This document shows, in pieces, positions 56,116-64,000 of a stretch of 64,000 nucleotides of DNA (position 1 is its first letter; every line of letters starts with the position of its first letter). This DNA comes from an uncultured Chlamydiae bacterium. GTDB lineage: Bacteria; Chlamydiota; Chlamydiia; Chlamydiales; JAJFMA01. The position numbers and the translations under genes are program-made. A model generated the notes under the pieces. The model saw only the letters and a list, made by a program, of their open reading frames with translations, ran no database searches and was not told the DNA's origin. The stretch lies in assembly GCA_963790215.1 (NCBI GenBank), contig CAWBNS010000009.1, positions 330,953-394,952 of the forward strand, given 5' to 3'.

Positions 56116-56802
56116 TTAGGTTTTCTTTTTAGCTTTGGATTGATCTTTGCATTCAAAGATCTGGAAGACGACTTCTTCTACGTTGAGGTCTGAGGTGTCT
56201 ACGACAAAAGCGTCTTTGGCTTTTTTTAATGGTGAGACTTCGCGAGTGGAGTCGAGTCGATCGCGTTCGGTTGTCTCTTCCACGACTTGTTCTAAGGTGA
56301 GTCCTTCGGCTTCTTTGGGGCGTTCTTGTTGGATCTCTAAGAGGCGCCGTTGTGCACGAACCTCTATGCGGCCGGTGAGGAAGATTTTGAGGTCAGCGTC
56401 TGGGAAGACGGTGGTTCCCATGTCTCTGCCTTCAAACACGGCGTTGACACCTTGGGCGGATTGTCTTTGAACGGCAACGAGTTTGTCTCGAACAGCGGCT
56501 ATGGCGGATATCTGAGATACGTGAGAGGTGACATCGCGTGAGCGGATGTATTCGGTTACGTCTTCGCCATTGACGACATAGCGTCGACCGACGCGGTGGA
56601 TTCGAAGGTCAAAGTCACAGGTATCGAGGAATTTTTGCAGGGCTTCGGGATCGTTGATATCGACTTGACTTTTGACGATTGCATAGGTCAGGGCGCGATA
56701 CATGGCACCGGTGTCGAAATAGATATAACCTAAAGCCTCGGCAAGCTTACGCGCTATGGTGCTTTTGCCAGTGGCTACTGGTCCGTCAATGGTTATAATC
56801 AT
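56116..56802 (-). CDS. cmk: Cytidylate kinase
   Basis: MIITIDGPVATGKSTIARKLAEALGYIYFDTGAMYRA. ATG at 56802; the track start at 56808 is TTG. Confidence 0.92.
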   Translation of the reverse strand: MIITIDGPVATGKSTIARKLAEALGYIYFDTGAMYRALTYAIVKSQVDINDPEALQKFLDTCDFDLRIHRVGRRYVVNGEDVTEYIRSRDVTSHVSQISAIAAVRDKLVAVQRQSAQGVNAVFEGRDMGTTVFPDADLKIFLTGRIEVRAQRRLLEIQQERPKEAEGLTLEQVVEETTERDRLDSTREVSPLKKAKDAFVVDTSDLNVEEVVFQIFECKDQSKAKKKT

Positions 56803-56843
56803 AGACAAATCTCGTGGCTAAAAAGCCGAGTATAAAGGATTAG

Positions 56844-56949
56844 GGATAAAGGAGGAAGGATGAAAAAAAGGATGAAGGAGGAAATGGGTGAGGGTGAGTG
56901 TATAACTAGGTGTGGGTACCCTATTCATCCTTCCTCCTTCATCCTTTCC
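56844..56949. repeat. Purine-rich (GGATGAAGGAGGAA) inverted repeat between cdsA and cmk
   Basis: ggataaaggaggaaggatgaa (56844-56864) pairs with ttcatccttcctccttcatcc (56924-56944). Confidence 0.55.
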
Positions 56950-56950
56950 T

Positions 56951-57814
56951 TCAGACTTCCATGGCGCGCATTAGGAAGTAAAAGAGCGGCATAGTGAGGA
57001 TCATGGAGTCGAAGATGTCGAGAGCTCCGCCTAATCCGGGTAGGCTGCTGCTGTCTTTGACACCGGCATCGCGTTTGAAGAGGGATTCTAGGAGGTCTCC
57101 AATTTGTCCGATGGTGCCTAAGCAGACGCCGAAGACGAGGCATTGGGCGAAGGAGAGTTGGAGGGCTGTGGGGTGCAACCCAGGAATCAGGAAGGCAGCG
57201 AAGAGGGCGAAAGCGAGTCCGCCTAAGGCTCCTTCGACAGATTTATTGGGACTGACTTGTGGGGCGAGGGGTGTTTTACCACGCCATTTTCCGAAGATGT
57301 AGGCGCCGACATCGGTCATTTTGGTCACGACGACAGCATAAATGAGCCACCAACGGCCATCTTGGGTCACTTCCTGAAAAGGGTAGTAGGTAATCAGTAG
57401 AAGGGAACCAAGAGAAATGGCGATATAAACAAATCCAAAGAGCGTGATGGCGGAATTGGCTATGAGCTCTTCCTGCGGCTGTTGGTAGTTTTGGCAGAAA
57501 AAGGCGATCACTCCAGCTAAGAGAACGAGGGCATAGAGTTGGTTCATTTCATGATAATGCTGAGAGAAAAAGAGAGCGATGAGATAGGCGACAGCCGTCC
57601 AAAAACCGATCCGCACAGAAGGGGCGTAACCACGCGTCACGGCCATTTCATAATATTCCCATAGGGCAAGTCCAACGACGGACGCTAATGCTCCTAGAAA
57701 GAGCCACGACCCCAAGGAATGATGAGAAATAAGCGCGAGTGCAAAAAAAAGCAGGAGCGCCATAGTACCAACGGCGATACGTTGAATGAGTCTAATCGAT
57801 ATGTTCTGCATCAT
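56951..57814 (-). CDS. cdsA: Phosphatidate cytidylyltransferase (CDP-diglyceride synthase) homologue
   Basis: 287 aa, polytopic, with a C-terminal SLFKRDAGVKDSSSLPGLGGALDIFDS signature region that has unusual substitutions. ATGA overlap with uppS. Confidence 0.85.
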   Translation of the reverse strand: MMQNISIRLIQRIAVGTMALLLFFALALISHHSLGSWLFLGALASVVGLALWEYYEMAVTRGYAPSVRIGFWTAVAYLIALFFSQHYHEMNQLYALVLLAGVIAFFCQNYQQPQEELIANSAITLFGFVYIAISLGSLLLITYYPFQEVTQDGRWWLIYAVVVTKMTDVGAYIFGKWRGKTPLAPQVSPNKSVEGALGGLAFALFAAFLIPGLHPTALQLSFAQCLVFGVCLGTIGQIGDLLESLFKRDAGVKDSSSLPGLGGALDIFDSMILTMPLFYFLMRAMEV

Positions 57815-58566
57815 GTGCCCAACCGTCTTTGGCGTTCTTGGTAGGCTTGCACAGCTTCCAGAAGATGCTGTGAAGAAAAGTCAGGCCAAAGAACATCCGT
57901 TATATAAATTTCGGTGTAGCAGATCTGCCACAACAAGTAGTTACTGACGCGCATTTCGCCGCTCGTGCGGATGAATAGTTCTGGATCGCCGTAGGGTGCT
58001 GTATCGAGATGGTCGGAGATGGTCTGTTCGGTGATTTCTTCTGGTGAAAGAGTTCCTGAGGCTACCTCACGGGCTATTTTTTGCGTAACGCGCTTAAGTT
58101 CATCTCGGCTGCCGTAATTAATAGCGAGGACGAGGGTGAATTTGTCATGATCTCGGCCAGCTTGTTTGGCTTGTTCGATAACTGGGAGGATGTCGGCTGG
58201 AAGGCCGGACAGGTCACCGATGGTGTCAAGGCGCATGCCAACCTCCTGTAGTTCCTTACAACATTGCATGAGGTTTATTTTCATGAGTTGCATGAGGTAC
58301 TCGACCTCTTCGGGAGAACGTCTCCAATTTTCTGTGGAGAAGGAATAGAGGGTAATGGTTTTGATACCGAGTTCTATGGCGGCTTGCACGATGTTGCGGA
58401 TCTGTTTAGCACCGCGTTCATGGCCTTTGACGAGGTCTAACTCTCCACGACGTGCCCAGCGTCGGTTGCCATCAGGGATGATGGCGATGTGTTTAGGCAC
58501 ATTTTGGGGATTGATTTCTGCGAGTTGTTCTGGCGTAAAAATACGCGTTTGTTGGCATGTTGGCAC
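57811..58566 (-). CDS. uppS: Di-trans,poly-cis-undecaprenyl-diphosphate synthase
   Basis: HIAIIPDGNRRWA, FSTENWRR and RTSGEMRVSNYLLWQ. GTG start 1 nt after the purA stop. Confidence 0.92.
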   Translation of the reverse strand: MPTCQQTRIFTPEQLAEINPQNVPKHIAIIPDGNRRWARRGELDLVKGHERGAKQIRNIVQAAIELGIKTITLYSFSTENWRRSPEEVEYLMQLMKINLMQCCKELQEVGMRLDTIGDLSGLPADILPVIEQAKQAGRDHDKFTLVLAINYGSRDELKRVTQKIAREVASGTLSPEEITEQTISDHLDTAPYGDPELFIRTSGEMRVSNYLLWQICYTEIYITDVLWPDFSSQHLLEAVQAYQERQRRLGT

Positions 58567-58567
58567 G

Positions 58568-59821
58568 TTATCTCCTTATCGTCTCTTCGCGGCCTGGCCC
58601 GACTGAAATCATGCGGATAGGTATGCCGCATTGAGTCTGCAGAAAGTCTATATAGCTTTGAGCTGCTTTTGGCAAGTTTTCGAAATCGCGAATGTCTCGC
58701 GTGGAGGTATTCCAGCCTGGCAGCGTAATATAGACGGGTTGTACGCGAAAAAGATCTTCGGTGGATTCAGGTGGAAGGTCCCAGGTTTTTCCTTCTAGGC
58801 TATAGCCAACGCAGACTTTAATTTCTGGGAAGGTGTCGAGGATATCGAGTTTCATGAGAGCAAGGGCTGTGAGGCCGTTGAGGGCAACGGAGGCACGAGC
58901 AAGGACGGCATCAAACCAGCCCAGACGACGCTTACGGCCTGTTGTGGTGCCTATTTCGCGCATGGAGACATGGTCTTGCGGGAAGTTTGGATCTTCGGTA
59001 GGCATGGGTCCGTTGCCAACGCGTGTATTGAAGGCTTTTACGACTCCGCAAGTCTCCCAAACGGTTGAGGGTCCTAAACCAGCGCCCTGGCATATGCCTG
59101 CGGCGGTGCATGAGGAGGAGGTGACGTATGGGTAGGTTCCAAAGGTGACGTCTAAGAGTGTACCTTGAGCGCCTTCTAGCAAGATGGTCTCCCCGCGTAC
59201 ATGTGCGTCTGTGAGCCTAAACTCTACATTGGAAAGATAAGGTTGTAGTCGCTGCCCGAGTTCTAGATATTCTTGGAGAATAGTTTCTAGTGATAACGGT
59301 TGTGCACTGAATAGGTCGACGAGTTCGCGATTTTTTGTTTCGAGCACTTCTTCAAGTCGGCTTCGGAAGCGATCTGGCTCTACGAGTAGTCCGATGGGTA
59401 TGCCTAGGCGTGCTGCGCGATCGGTGTAGCAGGGTCCGATGCCTTTTCCTGTCGTACCGATGCTTTTGCTGCCTTTGCGGCCTTCTTGGAGGGCATCGAG
59501 GAGCTTATGATAAGGCATAATGAGATGTGCCTTGGGCGAGATCCAGAGGCGGCCTGACACATCAGTTTCTGCCATTTCTGCGAGTAGGGCGGTAGGGTCG
59601 ATTGCTGTTCCTGCGCCTATGTAGCATTGGATGTGTGCGTGCAGAGCGCCTGTGGGTAGGAGGTGCAGTTTATGCTCTTTACCCTCTACAACGACTGTGT
59701 GGCCGGCATTATTTCCTCCTTGTCCGCGCACGACATGCGTCGCTTGTGCGGCTAGGAGGTCAACAACCTTCCCTTTCCCTTCGTCTCCCCACTGTGCTCC
59801 TACGATGATAATGACTGGCAT
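58568..59821 (-). CDS. purA: Adenylosuccinate synthetase
   Basis: [25 protein letters not shown] and TTGKGIGP. I start at the Met at 59821, which overlaps the lepA stop as TAATG. The 31-codon track extension lies inside lepA. Confidence 0.93.
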   Translation of the reverse strand: MPVIIIVGAQWGDEGKGKVVDLLAAQATHVVRGQGGNNAGHTVVVEGKEHKLHLLPTGALHAHIQCYIGAGTAIDPTALLAEMAETDVSGRLWISPKAHLIMPYHKLLDALQEGRKGSKSIGTTGKGIGPCYTDRAARLGIPIGLLVEPDRFRSRLEEVLETKNRELVDLFSAQPLSLETILQEYLELGQRLQPYLSNVEFRLTDAHVRGETILLEGAQGTLLDVTFGTYPYVTSSSCTAAGICQGAGLGPSTVWETCGVVKAFNTRVGNGPMPTEDPNFPQDHVSMREIGTTTGRKRRLGWFDAVLARASVALNGLTALALMKLDILDTFPEIKVCVGYSLEGKTWDLPPESTEDLFRVQPVYITLPGWNTSTRDIRDFENLPKAAQSYIDFLQTQCGIPIRMISVGPGREETIRR

Positions 59822-61623
59822 TAGGTCTTCAGAACCTCCATAAAGGCCCTTTGCGGGATGTTTACTTTGCCAATCTCTTTCATTTTCTTTTTCCCTTTCT
59901 TCTGTTTTTCCCAAAGTTTGCGTTTACGGGAAATATCGCCTCCATAGCACTTTGCGGTGACGTTTTTAGATAGAGCGCTGATGGTTTCGCGCGCAATAAT
60001 TTTACCGCCGATTGCAGCTTGGATAGGTACTTTGAACAGTTGTTGAGGTATGACATCAAGAAGTTTGGCGCAGATGGCGCGACCTTTTTGATCGGCTTTA
60101 CTGCGGTGTACGAGGCAGGAAAAGGCATCCACAGGCTCTTCATTTACGCGAATTTCCAGCTTAACGACATCGCTTTTTTCGTAATGGTTGAACTCGTAAT
60201 CGAACGACCCGTATCCACGAGTGATCGATTTGAGTTTATCATTGAAGTCGATGATGATTTCAGCGAGAGGCATATGGTAGGTCATCAGAAGGCGATGAGC
60301 ATCCATCGTATCGGTTTTCTTACACTCGCCTCGTTTTTCCATGCCCAGGTTCATGCAGGCACCTAGATACTCATTAGGTATCATGATGTGACAGGTCATG
60401 AAGGGTTCTTCGATAGATTTGATATGAGCGGGGTCAGGAAAATGTGCGGGGTTATCGATCTCTTTCGTCGTGCCATCGTTCATATGAACACGATAGATAA
60501 CGCTTGGCGAGGTGGAGATGATGTCGAGATCAAATTCACGTTGCAGCCGCTCAAATACAATCTCAAGATGTAATAGACCGAGAAAACCACAGCGGAAACC
60601 GAAGCCTAATGCCTGGCTGCTTTCTTGTTCTATGTGCAAGGCCGAATCGTTCAGTTGCAGTTTTTCTAACGCATCGCGCAACGCTTCAAAATCGGAAGAA
60701 TCGACGGGATAGATACCAGCAAATACGACAGGTTGGACGAGCTTAAAACCTGGTAGAGCGTCTACTTGAGGGCCTTTTTGCAGGGTGATGGTATCACCAA
60801 TTTTTACGTCGGAGGTTTTCTTAATGCTAGCAACAAGATACCCTACTTCTCCTGCACGTAAGATGTCGACGGGTTTTTCACGCGGAGAAAACACACCGAC
60901 TTCCAGCACTTCAAATGATTTATCGCTCGCCATCATTTTGATGTGCGATCCTTTGCGGATCAACCCACTGACGACTCTGACATAGACCATAACGCCACGA
61001 TAGGCGTCATAATGCGAATCAAACACGAGCGCGCGTAGGTGTTCATCCTCGGGTTCTGCAGGAGGAGGCACCTGGCTGACAATGCGTTCCAGAATATCTT
61101 CACAGCCTATTCCAGACTTGGCTGAACAACAAACGGCGTCACTCGCGTCGAGACCGATGACCTCTTCAATCTGTTTTTTGGCCGATGGAACATCAGCAGC
61201 TGGTAGGTCGATTTTATTGATAACAGGAACGATCTCTAGGTTACGCTCAAAGGCGAGTAGCACGTTGGCAAGGCTTTGCGCTTGCACGCCTTGCGCTGCA
61301 TCGATGACCAGCAGAGCCCCTTCACAGGCCGCCAAAGACCGGGAAACTTCATACGTAAAGTCAACGTGGCCAGGCGTGTCGATGAGATTGAATTGGTAGA
61401 CGTGACCGTCCTTAGCCGTGTAATACATCGTCACTGGATGCGCTTTGATAGTGATGCCACGTTCGCGCTCTAGGTCCATGTCATCCAACACTTGAGCCTG
61501 CATATCGCGCTTTTCTACGGTGTGGGTTAACTCAAGCAATCGATCCGCTAAAGTCGACTTGCCGTGGTCAATGTGCGCTATGATGGAAAAATTTCGGATC
61601 CGCTTGGGATGATAGTGAAACAT
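59821..61623 (-). CDS. lepA: Elongation factor 4
   Basis: 600 aa with [30 protein letters not shown] and the LepA C-terminal domain. Confidence 0.97.
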   Translation of the reverse strand: MFHYHPKRIRNFSIIAHIDHGKSTLADRLLELTHTVEKRDMQAQVLDDMDLERERGITIKAHPVTMYYTAKDGHVYQFNLIDTPGHVDFTYEVSRSLAACEGALLVIDAAQGVQAQSLANVLLAFERNLEIVPVINKIDLPAADVPSAKKQIEEVIGLDASDAVCCSAKSGIGCEDILERIVSQVPPPAEPEDEHLRALVFDSHYDAYRGVMVYVRVVSGLIRKGSHIKMMASDKSFEVLEVGVFSPREKPVDILRAGEVGYLVASIKKTSDVKIGDTITLQKGPQVDALPGFKLVQPVVFAGIYPVDSSDFEALRDALEKLQLNDSALHIEQESSQALGFGFRCGFLGLLHLEIVFERLQREFDLDIISTSPSVIYRVHMNDGTTKEIDNPAHFPDPAHIKSIEEPFMTCHIMIPNEYLGACMNLGMEKRGECKKTDTMDAHRLLMTYHMPLAEIIIDFNDKLKSITRGYGSFDYEFNHYEKSDVVKLEIRVNEEPVDAFSCLVHRSKADQKGRAICAKLLDVIPQQLFKVPIQAAIGGKIIARETISALSKNVTAKCYGGDISRKRKLWEKQKKGKKKMKEIGKVNIPQRAFMEVLKT

Positions 61624-61711
61624 GTAAATATCTAATCGCTGTTGATTTATTCAGACACAAGGATAGTTTAACCGAGAGATGTTTTCAATGTTCCGTTCAC
61701 GGGACAACCAA

Positions 61712-61781
61712 TTCGAGCCCGAGCCCGTGTACGTGCCCGTGCCCGATCCCCCAGTGATTGTTAATCGGGCTCGGGCGCGAA
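61712..61781. repeat. GC-rich (GAGCCC/GTGCCC)n hairpin element, copy 4
   Basis: ttcgagcccgagcccgtgtacgtgcccgtgcccgat, an 18-nt loop, then cgggctcgggcgcgaa. Confidence 0.8.
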
Positions 61782-61796
61782 CATTCTTGCATCAAT

Positions 61797-62195
61797 TTAT
61801 TTTTCTACAGTCTCAATGGGACCCATCTCGTCGATCCAGACAGATAGTCCATCGGGGTATTTGTACAATTTTGTGTAGCCCAAGGCGACTAGACGATCCA
61901 CCATGCGTTGACTGATCGGGCAGGTGGCGCTCCAGCAATAGACCACGATAGGTGCATCTTTTTTGGGAAGAATGGCTTTTACAGTAGCATCTTCTGAGGT
62001 GTAAGGCAGTACAATGGCACCTTCAATGCGTTGACCGTTGTCGTGCTCAGGCGTTCTAGCGTCAACGATGATCAAATTAGGCATCGTCGTGATTAACTGC
62101 TTCAGCTGATCCGTATTCACGTCGGAATACCCTGTCGCTGCCTGCACACAGAAAGGGCAGATGGCCAGTAATGTAAAAAACAACCACTTGAACAT
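61797..62195 (-). CDS. Secreted single-domain rhodanese (sulfurtransferase) protein
   Basis: Signal peptide MFKWLFFTLLAICPFCVQA, IIVDARTPEH and the active-site loop VVYCWSATCPISQR. Confidence 0.8.
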   Translation of the reverse strand: MFKWLFFTLLAICPFCVQAATGYSDVNTDQLKQLITTMPNLIIVDARTPEHDNGQRIEGAIVLPYTSEDATVKAILPKKDAPIVVYCWSATCPISQRMVDRLVALGYTKLYKYPDGLSVWIDEMGPIETVEK

Positions 62196-62258
62196 AGAAA
62201 CCTCCCAAGCTTCCTTTTCTTCCTGATAAGACTTTTTGAGAGGGTTGTAAAGGGGTTT

Positions 62259-62393
62259 TTATGCCCTGGAGCCGGTCTTACCCTTTGTCTTGGCCTGTTC
62301 TTGAACACGTTGTCTGCGCCAGCCCTCGGCAGTTTGGACCTTCGGTATCAAGCGGATATCTTGCGATTTTTTCGTTTTCTGGCTCTTAGGCAT
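62259..62393 (-). CDS. Candidate 44-aa basic protein (below the ORF-track cutoff)
   Basis: ATG at 62393 is preceded by GGAGAAAAAAGCT. Translation is MPKSQKTKKSQDIRLIPKVQTAEGWRRQRVQEQAKTKGKTGSRA-TAA. No family recognised. Confidence 0.3.
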   Translation of the reverse strand: MPKSQKTKKSQDIRLIPKVQTAEGWRRQRVQEQAKTKGKTGSRA

Positions 62394-62493
62394 AGCTTTT
62401 TTCTCCATAAGACACCTCTTGAAAGGTTCATCTCTATGGCCAATGCAACTTTTAGGCCAACCCAGGGTGAGCTAGACTGACATTAGAGGAAAT

Positions 62494-62641
62494 TGTGGAA
62501 AACGCAGAGAAGGCAGAGTCGCAGAGGGCGCAGAGCAGCGATGGTGTGATGGGGGCATAAAATCTCTGTGCTCATTGGGTAATCAGCTTTGGTTAAAATC
62601 TCAGCGCCCTCTGCGGCTCTGCCTTCTCTGCGTTTTCCACG
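62494..62641. repeat. GTGGAAAACGCAGAGAAGG-type palindromic element, copy 2 (inverted relative to copy 1)
   Basis: Arms 62494-62535 and 62600-62641. The interior matches the reverse complement of 37149-37210. Confidence 0.8.
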
Positions 62642-62760
62642 TTTAAAACCATGCCAATCAGAACGTCCGTTATGAACGGACATTTTGCCTTTAAATTAGG
62701 CGAAAACTATAATAAAAATTAGAAGTACTAAACACCTAAACATCAACGCCTTAGAGGCTC

Positions 62761-64000
62761 ATGCAAATCATTGTCGTGGTCAGTCACCGTGAAGACTGGC
62801 CTTTGGAAATCCCGGACGTCGAGGTTGTTGACGCCAAAACCTACATAGCAAACTACAGTTACGAAACGGTAAGAAACGCTAAGGTCTTCAACTTATGCAG
62901 GTCTTATAAATATCAATCCTTGGGCTACTACGTCTCTCTCTTGGCAACCGCCCGAGGTCATAAACCGCAGCCAGATCTAATTACAATTCAAGATTTCAAA
63001 TCACCTACTATTATTCGTATTGTTTCTGGTGAATTAGACGATATTATTCAGAGCAGTTTAAAAGCTATTCACTCGGACAGATTTGTATTAAGCATTTACT
63101 TCGGAAAGAATATAGCCGCAAAGTATGATCGTCTCTCAACTTATCTTTATAAAGAATTTCGGGCTCCCCTGTTACGTGCTTTTTTTGAGCATACGGGGAA
63201 TCGTTGGACAATCAGCTCGGTCTCGATGATTTCTGGAAGCGACATTCCTTTGGAGCATCGCGATTTTGTGATTCAGCGCGCCCAGGAGTATTTTGCCGGC
63301 AAACGAGTGGCTTTACCGAAGAAGGCAGCTACACACTATGACCTGGCACTGCTACACTGTCCTGACGAGCAAAACTGTCCTTCCAATGCGAAGGCCATGC
63401 AAAAATTTATTAAAGCCGCAGAGAATCTAGGTTTCCGCACGGAATTGATCACGAAGGAAGATTATGGTCGTATCGCGGAATTCGATGCGTTATTTATTCG
63501 CGAAACAACAAATGTGAACCATCATACATTTCGATTTGCTCGGCGCGCAGCGGCAGAGGGTCTGGTGGTGATTGATGACCCCCAGTCTATCCTCAATTGC
63601 ACGAACAAGGTGTTTTTGGCTGAATTGATGGAACGCTATGATATTCCCATTCCAAAAACGATTGTGGTGGACAAAGACACAGTGGATAAGATCACACAAG
63701 AATTGACTTATCCATTTATTTTAAAACAGCCAGACGGTTCATTTTCACAAGGTGTGATTAAGATCAAGAACGCGGAGGAATTTGATCAGCAGAAGAGTGC
63801 TTTGTTCAAGAAATCCGAGTTATTGATTGCTCAGGAATATATGCCGACAGACTTCGACTGGCGGGTGGGAATTCTGGATCGACAGCCGTTGTTCGTGGCC
63901 AAGTATTTTATGGCACGAAACCATTGGCAGATCTATCGTCACCATCAATCGGGCAAAAGCCACTGTGGCAATGCTGAAGCGGTATCTGTAGAGAATACAC
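62761..64000 (+). CDS. RimK-like ATP-grasp ligase with N-terminal RLAN-type domain (3' end outside window)
   Basis: Hand translation from ATG 62761 stays open to the window end. It reads MQIIVVVSHREDWPLEIPDVEVV...CRSYKYQSLGYYVSLLATARGHKP, then YPFILKQPDGSFSQGVIKI...DFDWRVGILD. It is absent from the ORF track because it has no stop. Confidence 0.8.
   Translation, partial: MQIIVVVSHREDWPLEIPDVEVVDAKTYIANYSYETVRNAKVFNLCRSYKYQSLGYYVSLLATARGHKPQPDLITIQDFKSPTIIRIVSGELDDIIQSSLKAIHSDRFVLSIYFGKNIAAKYDRLSTYLYKEFRAPLLRAFFEHTGNRWTISSVSMISGSDIPLEHRDFVIQRAQEYFAGKRVALPKKAATHYDLALLHCPDEQNCPSNAKAMQKFIKAAENLGFRTELITKEDYGRIAEFDALFIRETTNVNHHTFRFARRAAAEGLVVIDDPQSILNCTNKVFLAELMERYDIPIPKTIVVDKDTVDKITQELTYPFILKQPDGSFSQGVIKIKNAEEFDQQKSALFKKSELLIAQEYMPTDFDWRVGILDRQPLFVAKYFMARNHWQIYRHHQSGKSHCGNAEAVSVENT

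Overview
This 64-kb window looks like chromosome from an environmental member of the Chlamydiae. That assignment is an inference from gene content and synteny: a TPR T3S-chaperone-like gene next to rsmH, an ftsL-like gene, ftsI, murE and an amidase; a Gly-rich GGAI-type adhesin remnant; an Inc-like membrane protein; and a tmRNA with a long tag.

Housekeeping blocks:
- RluA-family synthase, DASS transporter, then pheS-rplT-rpmI-infC-(thrS-like)-tRNA-Val.
- A speA-speB-deoxyhypusine-synthase-like polyamine operon.
- An aas-like lipid locus, cysS and a CPA2 antiporter.
- The dcw segment, then glmM-glmS.
- cmk-cdsA-uppS-purA-lepA, a rhodanese and a RimK-like gene that runs off the 3' end.

Accessory DNA:
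- About 11.3-32.3 kb ends at ssrA. It holds two DUF4143-type ATPases, two beta-barrel OMP plus secreted-protein cassettes, a DUF2156/TauD pair, three adjacent decayed genes, a class-D beta-lactamase-like gene, a displaced ssrA 3' fragment and an IS5/IS903-type IS with a clean 9-bp target duplication.
- An islet sits at tRNA-Arg(CCT): a zeta-toxin-like ATPase, an IS982-family IS and a tandem MITE.
- A cluster of paralogous membrane proteins lies at 52.7-56.1 kb.

Intergenic DNA is unusually rich in nested palindromic repeat families. They include a (GTGCCC)n hairpin family that forms a 390-bp composite array between ftsI and murE.

The most unusual coding observation is a long, intact ThrRS-like ORF in the canonical thrS slot. 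It lacks the TGS domain and every zinc/motif-2 catalytic signature I can align.

All calls come from reading the sequence and the ORF track by eye. No searches were run, and repeat boundaries are good to a few nt only.
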